Below are positions 20,169-30,192 of a DNA stretch of 64,000 nt, one piece after another. The position numbers and the translations under genes were made by a program. The first letter of the stretch is position 1. The number at the start of each line of letters is the position of its first letter. The stretch is taken from positions 27,077-91,076 of the IMG/VR virus record IMGVR_UViG_3300008262_002626. One strand, given 5' to 3'. A model generated the notes under the pieces. It worked only from the letters and a program-made list of their open reading frames with translations, ran no database searches and was not told the origin of the DNA. This DNA is from a virus.

Positions 20169-21292
20169 TTCTTTTTTGCCCTTCCGGCTTTCATGTTAGC
20201 TAACCAATGTGCTAGTTGTCCTTTACGTCCACCCTGCTTGGCAGTCTTACGTAGACTACTAATGCTAGCTTTAGTATTGATACCATGGCGTTTAGCATCT
20301 CCTTTGTCTTGTGGATTGCGTCCATCTGCAAAGTTTTCATCTATGTCGTGTGTTGTTAGTCCTAGATCTTTTAGATACTTTAAGTATTCGTGTTCTAGTG
20401 GTTCACTGCCAAAAGCCATTACAGTCTGTGGAGGTCCTTTACCAAAATCATGTTTTCCTAGACCATCGAGATCGCTAATGTGCTGTCCTAACTTATACCA
20501 ATCATATACATCGCTAACGTCGATCTTTACAGTACCTTTAGGCCAAGGTATTAAATCACCCTCTTCTATACTTTCGCCACCTCCGTCTCCACCACCGCCA
20601 TCTCCGCTGTAGCCTGAGTCATACCCGTACCAACCATATGGGCCTGGGCCGTATGCTCCGAAACGATACTTAGTCTTTTTCTTACGCCGTTTAGCTTCTT
20701 CGATATTCTGTGTTACACCACCAGGGCCAACATAGATAGCACGGAAATCTACTTGAGGATATTCTTTTTGTAGTTCCTTAAATACACGCAGATTGCTCAT
20801 GCTATCATCATACAAGCGAACATGTCCATATTGTTTAGTGTCGAGGTATTTACGAACCCATACCGCTTTCTTGTAAGCTGGAGATTCATCTCCAGGTAAG
20901 TTACCTGCACGATGCACGTGAACACGGCTCATGTTTATGCCTAAATCTTTAAATGTCTGCAGAAACTCTTCTTTGTTGTCAAAGTCTGCACGGGCTGTCA
21001 GCATGATAACTTTGGCATTACCTGCATGATTAAGAATTGTTTTAAGTTTTCTAATCATCGGAACGATCGGCTTGCTTTCTTGGCGGAACTTTTCTGCATC
21101 TCTAAATTCGCCAAAGTCAAACTTTTCACCCGGTTGTAGTTGGTAGTTATTAAACTCTTGGTTAGTTAAATCACGTATGACCTGCCCTTGTGCATTTAAA
21201 ACTTTAATCTTTGCTGTCGTGTGAAGTAATGTATCATCTATATCAAAGATGATTAGATCTCGATTACCGGGAGTAAATTCATTCGCTCTCAT
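20165..21292 (-). CDS. HAD-superfamily phosphatase fused to further small modules
   Basis: FDIDDTL, LTAR, LYDD motifs; start likely MRANEF. Confidence 0.7.
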   Translation of the reverse strand: MRANEFTPGNRDLIIFDIDDTLLHTTAKIKVLNAQGQVIRDLTNQEFNNYQLQPGEKFDFGEFRDAEKFRQESKPIVPMIRKLKTILNHAGNAKVIMLTARADFDNKEEFLQTFKDLGINMSRVHVHRAGNLPGDESPAYKKAVWVRKYLDTKQYGHVRLYDDSMSNLRVFKELQKEYPQVDFRAIYVGPGGVTQNIEEAKRRKKKTKYRFGAYGPGPYGWYGYDSGYSGDGGGGDGGGESIEEGDLIPWPKGTVKIDVSDVYDWYKLGQHISDLDGLGKHDFGKGPPQTVMAFGSEPLEHEYLKYLKDLGLTTHDIDENFADGRNPQDKGDAKRHGINTKASISSLRKTAKQGGRKGQLAHWLANMKAGRAKKK

Positions 21293-21410
21293 AAGGTATT
21301 CCACCTAAGCCGCAACCAAAGCGGGCTATTGCCTCATACAGGGCTGTAAGGATTTCTTGGAAGGTCATAGCCGTCGTCCTCTGGATAAACTGGATAATCG
21401 TTTGGGTTCA

Positions 21411-21857
21411 TTAGTTACACCAACTTTGTTTTGCATCACCATAGTATTCACGAGCAAAGCCGTTAGCAATTAAAGCTGAACGTAGGCTCTGTCCGTTGAC
21501 TAAAATGTCCCCGAGAACACGACCACCAAATTTGTCCCATCCGTAGAGTGTAGCTTGAAATTTACCACCGCTGGCTGCGGCTTGGGCGATTGCATTTTTA
21601 GTAAAAGCAGATGCGGCTTCTCCTCGCTGTGCTTCGCTAGGGCATTGTGCTCTGTGTCCTTTTTCTGGAGTGTCAACTCCGTAAACTCTGACAGCAAGTT
21701 CTGGCTTAAGAGGTGCTGGTAAAAAGGGGGCGGCGATCACAACTGTATCGCCATCGCTCACTCGTAGAATTTGTGCGTCATATGTAACACCTTTGGGTGC
21801 TTTTTGTGCTAGGGCTAGTGTTGGAACTAGTAATAATAAAGCCAGTAACTTTTTCAT
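21411..21857 (-). CDS. secreted thermonuclease (SNase family)
   Basis: signal peptide; DGDT, RVYGVDTPE, DKFGGRVLG. Confidence 0.9.
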   Translation of the reverse strand: MKKLLALLLLVPTLALAQKAPKGVTYDAQILRVSDGDTVVIAAPFLPAPLKPELAVRVYGVDTPEKGHRAQCPSEAQRGEAASAFTKNAIAQAAASGGKFQATLYGWDKFGGRVLGDILVNGQSLRSALIANGFAREYYGDAKQSWCN

Positions 21858-21888
21858 AGAATACTCCGTAATATTTACAGAGTATTTA

Positions 21889-22323
21889 TTAGATATAATT
21901 GTTGAACCAACCTACTTTACGTCCTTCTGCGATACGACGATCGTGTTCTTCTACACTACTAGGATAACGCCAAGCCCATACTGCAACACAGGCCATAAAG
22001 ACTGCTGTACTGATTATACCAATAGGCTTTACTCCGCCTGTGTACATAAGCACAAGACTTAAACTCATCATGGCCAGCATGAAATATTTCATTTTCTGGG
22101 GGAATACACGCTTTTCATTCCAGTTGGTTAGGAACGGCCCAAATAGTTTATGATTGTACAGCCAGGCATGCATCTTGGGTGAGCCTTTGGCAAAACAATA
22201 GGCGGCAAAAACCACAAAGGGACTGTAGGGTATGCCGGGTGTTACCACGCCGACATACGCCATACCTAGGCTACAAAAGCCTAGTATCTTCCAAAACCAC
22301 TTTTTTAAATGAACTGTAACCAT
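21889..22323 (-). CDS. YbaN/DUF454 family membrane protein
   Basis: GVVTPGIPYSPF...CFAKGSPKMHAWL...FGP. Confidence 0.85.
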   Translation of the reverse strand: MVTVHLKKWFWKILGFCSLGMAYVGVVTPGIPYSPFVVFAAYCFAKGSPKMHAWLYNHKLFGPFLTNWNEKRVFPQKMKYFMLAMMSLSLVLMYTGGVKPIGIISTAVFMACVAVWAWRYPSSVEEHDRRIAEGRKVGWFNNYI

Positions 22324-22817
22324 TCGTCAAACCTCACGTTGAAGCCTTGCTTCTTACGCTTATTTACAAGTTCAAAGTAGTCTGGCTTGTAAGGTTTGAT
22401 TTTAGGCTTGTGGGTGTGGGTCTTGTCTGCCTTATCAGCATTACATGGGCCACATGCAGTCACACAGTTTTCCCAGACGGTTTTACCACCCTTTGAAATA
22501 GGGTGTACATGGTCTAGGGTAGATTCTTTACGTTCTACTCCTGTACCGCAGTATTGGCAAGTTCCTTCGTCGCGTAGGTACACATTGCCGCGACTGAAGC
22601 GGACAGCATTTTTTGGCTTCATGTAGTCTCTAAGCATGATAACGCTAGGAACAGGTGTTTCCCAACGTGCAGATCTCACGATCCAATTGTCATGCCAAGA
22701 CAGTACATCGGCCTTATCAAGGACCATGTATTTGATGGCTTCTTGCCAATCAATAGTGCTCAACGGTAGGTAGCTGACTGGTAATCCGTCAGCATTCAGA
22801 ACTAGGGTGTCTGACAT
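22305..22817 (-). CDS. HNH endonuclease
   Basis: CQYC, TLDHVHPISKGG, WENCVTACGPCN. Confidence 0.92.
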   Translation of the reverse strand: MSDTLVLNADGLPVSYLPLSTIDWQEAIKYMVLDKADVLSWHDNWIVRSARWETPVPSVIMLRDYMKPKNAVRFSRGNVYLRDEGTCQYCGTGVERKESTLDHVHPISKGGKTVWENCVTACGPCNADKADKTHTHKPKIKPYKPDYFELVNKRKKQGFNVRFDEWLQFI

Positions 22818-22898
22818 TTTACTTCCTTCTTAGTTGTGTTACAGACCCAACCGAACGAGCTTAAATTATAAGCTCATATTGTACTTATGTCAACTCTT

Positions 22899-23450
22899 TT
22901 ATGCTAGTATTTTTTGGGCGAATTCTAATCCGGAACGGTCAAGGGCGTTGCACCATTGATCCTTATTGTCCGATCCGAAAACCAATTCTTCGTCTGCACT
23001 AGCCAAGCACCAACTAGTTTCTTTATTCCAGGGCGGATCACCTTTGATTTCGCCTGCCAGTTGCCCATGCGCCCAACCACACATACCGAGAAACATACGC
23101 CAACGTTCGGGCTCATCTCCGTTAGCAATTCTAGGTAATATATCATCAGCAGAGCTTATGCTGAAGTGATCGTTAACACGCATGGTATTTTTACATTCCC
23201 AATCGCTGGTGTGTAATAGGCTTAGACTTTTTACGTTAACCGGGCCACCTAGATAAATGAATCCCGGACGATCTAGTGGAAATCCTAATTGGTCTCCAAA
23301 CTCTTTTACGCTCATCTGGCTACGTTTGTTTAGTACTAAACCGACACTACCATGATTATGGTTTTCAGTAATCATAACTACTGTCTTGTACCAGAAGCTG
23401 CCTTTGACCGCAGGCGGCGCGATGATAAGATTTCCAACTAATGTGTTCAT
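22899..23450 (-). CDS. YqgE/AlgH (UPF0301) family protein
   Basis: GLVLNK, GGPV, FLGMCGW..GQL..E motifs; start likely MNTLVG. Confidence 0.88.
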   Translation of the reverse strand: MNTLVGNLIIAPPAVKGSFWYKTVVMITENHNHGSVGLVLNKRSQMSVKEFGDQLGFPLDRPGFIYLGGPVNVKSLSLLHTSDWECKNTMRVNDHFSISSADDILPRIANGDEPERWRMFLGMCGWAHGQLAGEIKGDPPWNKETSWCLASADEELVFGSDNKDQWCNALDRSGLEFAQKILA

Positions 23451-23463
23451 GCAATATTTACAT

Positions 23464-24873
23464 TTATGCGCGAGCTTGGATCGCTCTTCTGACATCGCCT
23501 GCTGTGAGTATTCCATCCTTGGTAACATCTAACCCGTCGTTCCAGTCGTAGACTGCACTTCCTCTTTTAGCAATGACGTAACTGTTAGGTTTTCCTACAC
23601 CTGCAGGCCAGAACACTGAAAGATAAAGATCGCCTAACTTCATTCCTGGTTGTACACCTCGCATGACAAAATACTTGTAGACATAATCTAGCTGTTCAAC
23701 TGCTGACATTTTCTTTAGTTCATCAACTGTTGTCCCAAGAGATCGTGCTGTGTCTGGCATAAACTGAATTAATCCAGTAGCCTTAGACTTTTTGTTTTGT
23801 ATTGTATGATCAAGGCCAGATTCTAACCTCATGATAGCAATTAGATCTGATTTAGCTACTCCTAACTTATCGGCAATCTTTTGTAGTTTGTTATTAAAGT
23901 CTGGATCCTGTATTGTTGTAGTGTCAATCTTACGTTTCTCAAACGATCCTCTAGCTGGTTTAACTTCTGCATCTGTACTCTTAGTTAGGCCTTTGAATAG
24001 CTCAGGTTTAGATTTGATTATTGCATTTAACTTCGCGACAGTTTCTGGTCCTGGATCTCCGTCAACACTAAGTCCATTGTCTCGTTGGAACAGCATTACT
24101 GCCGCAGATGTTTCTCTTCCTCTAATACCGTCGACGCCGTGTGTTGGTAACTTATAGCCTAGAGCCAATAATGCTTTTTGTACGTCTGCTACTGCTGGCT
24201 CTCGTCGAGTCTTAGGAACATCAATTATAAACGATCCAGGTGTGGTGGGCTGTACAGGCTTACCGCTTTGATCCGGCTTTGCTGGTGTTGTGCTAGCGGA
24301 CCTACCTGCTAATGATATAGCTTCTTGGGCCGCGGATTTGTAAGCCCCTGGAGTGCCATGTATTCCATCTGAAGAAAGACCTTTGCCATCTAGGTCAACA
24401 ACAGGAACACCTACAGCAGATTTAATTGCCTGTCTAACTTCTTCTTGGTAATCACCTGAATAATACTTGGCCAATCCTGGAGCTCTCGCCTGGCCGTTTG
24501 GAAATAAAATAAACACTACAGTATGTCCTGCAGCCTTGGCAGCATCAACTACTCGTCTTACGTTGCTGGCAATCGTAGCTGGGGGTACTAAGGGTCTTTT
24601 ACCTTTAGAATCCATATGTGCTCTTGCACTGTTAGCAGTATCGTTGGCACCTTGGCTAATTAAAACTATTTGATTTTTTGGAATAGTTTCAATACCTACT
24701 GGGCCACCGTTCTTTGTATGGCGCCCATTAAAATTATTTTGGTGTGTCGATGGAACTCCACCGTTGGCTCTATTAATAACACCTTTCTGATAGGCCAATC
24801 CTTCAGCATGACTATCGCCTACTGAATAGACTTTTCTTTCTTCTTCAAATAGTTTAAATTCTGCGTATCTCAT
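23464..24873 (-). CDS. SGNH hydrolase + peptidoglycan-binding + lytic transglycosylase (SLT-like) protein
   Basis: GDS/GAND/DGIH; DGIRGRET..FQ..GL.VDG; ES..ATGLIQFMP. Confidence 0.85.
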   Translation of the reverse strand: MRYAEFKLFEEERKVYSVGDSHAEGLAYQKGVINRANGGVPSTHQNNFNGRHTKNGGPVGIETIPKNQIVLISQGANDTANSARAHMDSKGKRPLVPPATIASNVRRVVDAAKAAGHTVVFILFPNGQARAPGLAKYYSGDYQEEVRQAIKSAVGVPVVDLDGKGLSSDGIHGTPGAYKSAAQEAISLAGRSASTTPAKPDQSGKPVQPTTPGSFIIDVPKTRREPAVADVQKALLALGYKLPTHGVDGIRGRETSAAVMLFQRDNGLSVDGDPGPETVAKLNAIIKSKPELFKGLTKSTDAEVKPARGSFEKRKIDTTTIQDPDFNNKLQKIADKLGVAKSDLIAIMRLESGLDHTIQNKKSKATGLIQFMPDTARSLGTTVDELKKMSAVEQLDYVYKYFVMRGVQPGMKLGDLYLSVFWPAGVGKPNSYVIAKRGSAVYDWNDGLDVTKDGILTAGDVRRAIQARA

Positions 24874-24874
24874 A

Positions 24875-25477
24875 TTATTCTGCTATTGGGTTAACTTGTT
24901 GACCGCTTGCATATTTTTCCCAATGCAAGTGAGGGCCTGAACTAAAACCAGTGCTGCCAACTGCACCTACTGTTTGTCCTTTTTTCACTTCATCACCTTG
25001 TCTTACTGATATCTTTGATAGATGCATAAATCTATGTTTCACGCCGCTGGCTGTAATTAGTTCGACTAGATTGCCTGCTGAGCCTGCCATACCAGCAAAT
25101 TGTATCTTGCCATCATCAGGTGCGATAACTGGAGTTCCTGTAGGTGCTCCGATATCAACACCCGGGTGTTTAACTTTATTTCCTTTAGGGCCAGTTACAG
25201 TTCTACCATAGTGTCCTGTGATCGTGCCCTTGGTTGGCATGATTTCACCTGAGGAAGTTGTTGGAGATCTAGGTTGTGTGTTTGTTCTGGGAGCAGGTGC
25301 TGAGCCTGGCGACTGTCCGCTTAGATATTTGTCTACAGCGGCCTTAGTGTAAGGTCCCATTATTCCGTCATCTTTAGTAGGACCTAGATCATAACCTTTG
25401 GATATCAAATATCGTTGCATTTGTTTCACGATTGGACTAAAAACACCTTCGAGTAATTTAAATTCTGAGTAACGCAT
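24875..25477 (-). CDS. peptidoglycan-binding + M23 peptidase
   Basis: DGIMGPYT; HPGVD, HLS, GPHLH. Confidence 0.9.
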   Translation of the reverse strand: MRYSEFKLLEGVFSPIVKQMQRYLISKGYDLGPTKDDGIMGPYTKAAVDKYLSGQSPGSAPAPRTNTQPRSPTTSSGEIMPTKGTITGHYGRTVTGPKGNKVKHPGVDIGAPTGTPVIAPDDGKIQFAGMAGSAGNLVELITASGVKHRFMHLSKISVRQGDEVKKGQTVGAVGSTGFSSGPHLHWEKYASGQQVNPIAE

Positions 25478-25479
25478 CG

Positions 25480-25821
25480 TTAACTCCAATCGGGCAAAGG
25501 CCCGCCGTACTTGTGGCCTTTGATCTTATGTCCGCCTACCTTAACACGGCTCTTGGGACTTTTACCAAGTTTATGACTCTTTTCGCCATCACGAGCACGT
25601 AGACCTTGACTCTTACAGCTGGACAGTTGGCTAGCACCTAATTCGTCGTCGGGCTTAGAACTTAGGCATAGTTTACGACTAGCCTTTCCTGCTTCGTCTA
25701 CATCAACTGATTTGTATTGAGGCACTGGTTCGTGCCCGCGGCTAGGACGGCTACCAGATCTTGCTGGGCGTTTAGGGTTTATACCTATAGGGTCTTCGAC
25801 TATAAATTCTTTTGCTCGCAT
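25480..25821 (-). CDS. basic putative internal head protein
   Basis: MRAKEFIVE N-terminus; K/R-rich. Confidence 0.55.
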   Translation of the reverse strand: MRAKEFIVEDPIGINPKRPARSGSRPSRGHEPVPQYKSVDVDEAGKASRKLCLSSKPDDELGASQLSSCKSQGLRARDGEKSHKLGKSPKSRVKVGGHKIKGHKYGGPLPDWS

Positions 25822-25840
25822 AGTTATGTATTTATTGTTC

Positions 25841-26659
25841 TTACTGTGCTAAGAACTCAAATACATTTAGCCATTTACGTTTGCCTATAGTTGCTTTAAG
25901 ATTAGTTAAATCTGCCTTAGTTGTGTGTCTAAAGCGGGTTTTTTCGATATCAGGCATGGGTACAAATTCTAAAGGTACACCTTCTTGCTCTGCTATCTCT
26001 TCAGCAATATCTAAGAAACTGTGGGTAAGCCCGCTACCAACATTCCAAATTCCGGACCCATTAACTTGTTTAATGAAGTCAATGTGTAGACGACAAACAT
26101 CACCAACCCAAGTCCAATCACGACGAACATGTTCAGCGTTCTCCCATACTGTTATTTTACCCTCGTTGCGAGCCTGTGTACGCCACTTATGTATTGCGTT
26201 TGCCCTACGTCCTCTAAGATGCATCCATTTTCCGTAAACATTAAAATAACGGAAACCCTGCACCATTACAGTAAGCCTTTGTTGAAACACCCAACGATCA
26301 AATAGATACTTGCTCCAAGCATAAGGAGTCTGTGGATGACAGGCAGAGTGTTCGCTAAAGTCTTTAGTATCGCCGTATACTGAACTCGAACTAGCATATT
26401 GTAGATGTGTACCATGTTTGTTGCACTCGTTGAACAACCATTGACTAAACTCGTAGTTCTGTTTCATGACTAGATCTACATCTGTACAGGTCATGTCGGC
26501 AATAGCACCTAGGTGTATAACCCAATCGTAGTGTTCTACTTCGGGTAAATTTATAGGGTCCCATTCCCAACCATCAACTTGCCAGCCTTCTTCTTGGTGG
26601 CACCAAGCCAGCATATTGCGGCCAATAAAACCCTCATGGCCGGTTATTAGTATCTTCAT
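25841..26659 (-). CDS. NAD-dependent epimerase, ADP-L-glycero-D-manno-heptose 6-epimerase-like
   Basis: TGHEGFIG, YASSSSVYG, YAWSK, RYFNVYG. Confidence 0.8.
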   Translation of the reverse strand: MKILITGHEGFIGRNMLAWCHQEEGWQVDGWEWDPINLPEVEHYDWVIHLGAIADMTCTDVDLVMKQNYEFSQWLFNECNKHGTHLQYASSSSVYGDTKDFSEHSACHPQTPYAWSKYLFDRWVFQQRLTVMVQGFRYFNVYGKWMHLRGRRANAIHKWRTQARNEGKITVWENAEHVRRDWTWVGDVCRLHIDFIKQVNGSGIWNVGSGLTHSFLDIAEEIAEQEGVPLEFVPMPDIEKTRFRHTTKADLTNLKATIGKRKWLNVFEFLAQ

Positions 26660-26667
26660 ACTGCTAT

Positions 26668-27015
26668 TTAATTCGTAGGTAGCTCTTGTAAAAAATTATA
26701 ATTTTCTACAATTAATTTTAATTTGAAATGTCTTTCTTTAATAAGATCTTCTACATATTTCTTAAGAGTCTTCATTGAAACATCTTCATTCAGCCACTCT
26801 GTTTTCCAGTCTTCTATTTGCCAGATGTTATCAATATACTGTGTTTTGATTGTACGTTCAATGGCTTTGGCGTGAGCTCTAAGTCCACCGTACAGATGCA
26901 TATTAACAATACCGCCCGCATGTGAGCAGTATTGTTTATTACGTTCTTTAGGATCCTGTGCAATGCCAAAGCCTGCACGGCCTCCTAACGATTCGATCAA
27001 ATAGAAGTAATACAT
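26668..27015 (-). CDS. hypothetical protein, possibly GIY-YIG-like
   Basis: YFYLI...GFGI...R...E pattern. Confidence 0.45.
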   Translation of the reverse strand: MYYFYLIESLGGRAGFGIAQDPKERNKQYCSHAGGIVNMHLYGGLRAHAKAIERTIKTQYIDNIWQIEDWKTEWLNEDVSMKTLKKYVEDLIKERHFKLKLIVENYNFLQELPTN

Positions 27016-28145
27016 TAGTCAGCCATGTCTAGCAAGTCTTGATCAAAGAATTCGATCAAACCATCAAACTGATCTAACAGGGTTGGAGCAATCTTTTCCT
27101 TGCCGCCGAAATGTTGATACAGCTGAACAAGGGCGCAAGCATAAGCGTCATCGTCCCAGTTGGCTTGATAGCCGTAACGCTTTGTAGTCCAACGACGATG
27201 TGCCTCTGTTACACTCTCTTGGAACTGTGACAGATTACCAAACAGGTTCTGCACTAGAGCCGCAAGCTCTTCTAGGAACTTAGGTGTGAGTTTAATCTTT
27301 GCACTGTCAGACTGACGAATTAAATCACGGAAGGCAAAAAACAAACTAACGTGAACATTTTCATAATGGAAGTATTTGTCATGCCATCCACAGGCAACAC
27401 TAATTTCTTCTGTATTAAGAGTCTTAAATGTTGCGATGTTAGTAAAGGTGCCTGGATACTTGCTTAGGTCACTGTCTACTTCAACAGGGAAGCAATTATG
27501 CTTTTCTGCTGTAGCAACTTTCTTTTCAAGTTCAACATCGTCCTTATCACTCTTATCCTTGTCAATACGAATAGCAAAAACGCCATTACGGAGATCTTGA
27601 TAAGCACTCTGTTTCTTTTTACCTTTGCCGTTAAGGATACCAAACGCCTTACGAGCATAAGCAAGGTTGTCCGTTTCTATATACATAAACGGATATTTAA
27701 ATGTGCGCCAGTTAGTGTGTCCAGGGACTAGTCCTGCATCAATTAAGGCCGCAACGGTACTGACAGAATGTTGTGCGTCAATACTGATGAATTTGCCTTT
27801 GCTTGTTTTGATACAGATAACTGGCTGTAGTAGGGCAGGGTCAAAGACATCAGGATTAGCGATCGTTTTAGCACAATGCTTCTCGTCTAACTCGCGCTGA
27901 ATATCCTCTTCGATATCTAGCACAACTAATTCTTCATTAGTGATTTTTGGAAAACGAGTCATGTCAAAAGTTTTATTTTGGGCCAGCCATGCCTTGATGG
28001 TCTTTTTCCAAACTGCACTCTTGTTTAGTTTATCAACTCGATCCTGTAGGTTAACAACCTTAGCAGATCCACGTTTGAGTGGATTGATTTTAACCATCGG
28101 ATTTGGTTTACGAACTACATCTTCGTATTTGAGTTTAAATGCCAT
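27015..28145 (-). CDS. ParB/Srx-like N-terminal domain protein
   Basis: IQRELD and IDAQH (DGQH-like); own TTGACA-17-TATAAT promoter. Confidence 0.5.
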   Translation of the reverse strand: MAFKLKYEDVVRKPNPMVKINPLKRGSAKVVNLQDRVDKLNKSAVWKKTIKAWLAQNKTFDMTRFPKITNEELVVLDIEEDIQRELDEKHCAKTIANPDVFDPALLQPVICIKTSKGKFISIDAQHSVSTVAALIDAGLVPGHTNWRTFKYPFMYIETDNLAYARKAFGILNGKGKKKQSAYQDLRNGVFAIRIDKDKSDKDDVELEKKVATAEKHNCFPVEVDSDLSKYPGTFTNIATFKTLNTEEISVACGWHDKYFHYENVHVSLFFAFRDLIRQSDSAKIKLTPKFLEELAALVQNLFGNLSQFQESVTEAHRRWTTKRYGYQANWDDDAYACALVQLYQHFGGKEKIAPTLLDQFDGLIEFFDQDLLDMAD

Positions 28146-28554
28146 TGTGTGCCTTTCTGTGTTTATGTGCCTTTATTATATTCTCGTTTATGCAAACTGT
28201 CAAAAACTATTCCGATTATAGACAACTGGCATCTCACAAACATACTGCCTATTAACAGTATGTTTAATAAGATTACAGTCTCCGCCTGTGACTGCAGAAC
28301 CTGCATGGTCACCTATGCCTTTACCCGTTACGGCGTATGAACCTATACTAGCCGCAGTATAAACAGCACAACCGTTTAACGAGATTCCGGCAATGGCGAG
28401 AATCGCGATAAGAAGGCTTCTTGTCTGCATGAGTATTCTTGTAGAGTCTTGATATTGAAGTATTCTACCCAAGGGTCGTTTTCTTCACTTTTATTGAATA
28501 CGGCTTTGATCTTAAATATCGTGCCATTGCCGCCGCTGTATAAATCGTTTAACT

Positions 28555-28845
28555 TCACATTAGCATCCTTATTAATCCAATGGTATCAATAGTAGTCAGC
28601 AAGAGGTAGTTAGCCAACATGCCAAATGATTTCCTAGTATAACTAGCCCAGCCATACATAGCACAGCCAAAGATCCAGATAGGATATAGGACAAGTAAGG
28701 GAGGATTGGGAACTGTAAGAGCCATCGTAATGCTACATCCAATCGATATCGCCCAAGCCAGTACCTCAACAACGAAACGAAACGGATTTGATTGCCAGTC
28801 ATCTTTTATCCATTCTAGTGTAGGTTTAAAAAAAGTATCTATCAT
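28555..28845 (-). CDS. small membrane protein
   Basis: three hydrophobic segments; leaderless promoter. Confidence 0.7.
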   Translation of the reverse strand: MIDTFFKPTLEWIKDDWQSNPFRFVVEVLAWAISIGCSITMALTVPNPPLLVLYPIWIFGCAMYGWASYTRKSFGMLANYLLLTTIDTIGLIRMLM

Positions 28846-28891
28846 AAGTTTATTATATAACATCTTAACTAAAATGTCAAGACATAAAATG

Positions 28892-28916
28892 AAAAAGCCC
28901 ACCGAAGTGGGCTTTT
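28892..28916. terminator. bidirectional rho-independent terminator
   Basis: AAAAGCCCAC-CGAA-GTGGGCTTTT. Confidence 0.8.
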
Positions 28917-28939
28917 GGATAGGCCTATCCTCTGATTAA

Positions 28940-29212
28940 TTAGAGGGTGATACCCATTGCCTTAGCCTTGTAGCCAAGTGCAACGATTTCACGTGATGGC
29001 TTACCCATAACATACTCAGTTACTGTAACGCCATTACCTGCTGTACGGCTATTAGCATAGACAGCATAACCGTTTGAACGGATGCGGCTTGCTTCAGCGG
29101 CTAGGTTCTTTACACCAAAACGCTTAGAAGCCTGAGCGGCTGTTAGTGCTTCGCCATTGTAAAGTGCGTTAAAAACTTTGTATGTCTTTGTCTCTGGGTT
29201 AAAAAATTTCAT
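28940..29212 (-). CDS. winged-helix DNA-binding protein
   Basis: LTAAQASKRFGVKNLAAEASRIRSNGY. Confidence 0.6.
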   Translation of the reverse strand: MKFFNPETKTYKVFNALYNGEALTAAQASKRFGVKNLAAEASRIRSNGYAVYANSRTAGNGVTVTEYVMGKPSREIVALGYKAKAMGITL

Positions 29213-29985
29213 ATCATTTCCTCTTTTAGATTATGCTGTAATTAAACAGCTAGTATTAGTTTATAATAATCTGTAATCTAAATCAAGCTGTTTGGTTAGA
29301 TATGTGTTGTTTTTCCAGCCAAAAACTTTTGCCAGGGAATCTTGATTTGGCTACGAGGAAAGCATCTTCAATGCTAGATCCCTGTGCTATAAATTGATTA
29401 TCATCAAGCCCAAAAAGATAAACATTTGAGTTGATGACTTCTGCGCGAACTTTAACACCTTCTGCAATTTTCACAGCGTCTTCGGAATTAAATCCAGCTT
29501 GCTCAGCTTCGTTAATCTTTTGGATCTTTTTAAGAGAATCAATTACCTGTTCTGGATTTTCGCTTAGATGGTATAGCATAATTGCTCCGCGAGTTCGCCA
29601 GCCAATCCACGCTCCAACAAGTCCTGCAACAATGTAACCAAAGTATTCCATAGAATGCTCCTGTTTGATTTGTTATTTAATCAATTCCAAGTTCAAAATC
29701 TTAGCTACCCTGGCACCCACGTCTTCTCCACTGGGGATAACATAAGTTTGAGTATCGTGCATGTCTTTACGCTGATCATATCTGCGTACATTTAGGATGC
29801 GGCCGCCTACTGCTGATGTAAGCTCAAAACTAATACGATCCTCGCCCTCGGCCCGACCCTTTTCGATTGCCATTGCTGTTCCCACCTGTAATCCCCTATG
29901 TGCTTTCGTTTTGTTAACGTAAATGTCTTCTTCGTATTTTTGGCTATTGTCCCACATGTTGCGAACTTTGCCGTATAGCCATCGA

Positions 29986-30192
29986 TCAAACCATGTTGTC
30001 ATCAGGTTCTCCCACAGGTTTTTCGATTCCAATCTTGCCACGACCTGCGGCTATATTGGCCAAGATTTGTGTTTTTTGTTCTGCCCATGCTTGTTCGCTT
30101 AGGGTATGTAAGCCTAAACATTTTCCTGTTGGGCTACGGCCACAGCCGCAACGTCCAAACTCTTCAGAATCTTCAGTTACTCGTACTTGCAT
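29986..30192 (-). CDS. CDGSH-type iron-sulfur domain protein
   Basis: CGCGRSPTGKCLGLH. Confidence 0.6.
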   Translation of the reverse strand: MQVRVTEDSEEFGRCGCGRSPTGKCLGLHTLSEQAWAEQKTQILANIAAGRGKIGIEKPVGEPDDNMV

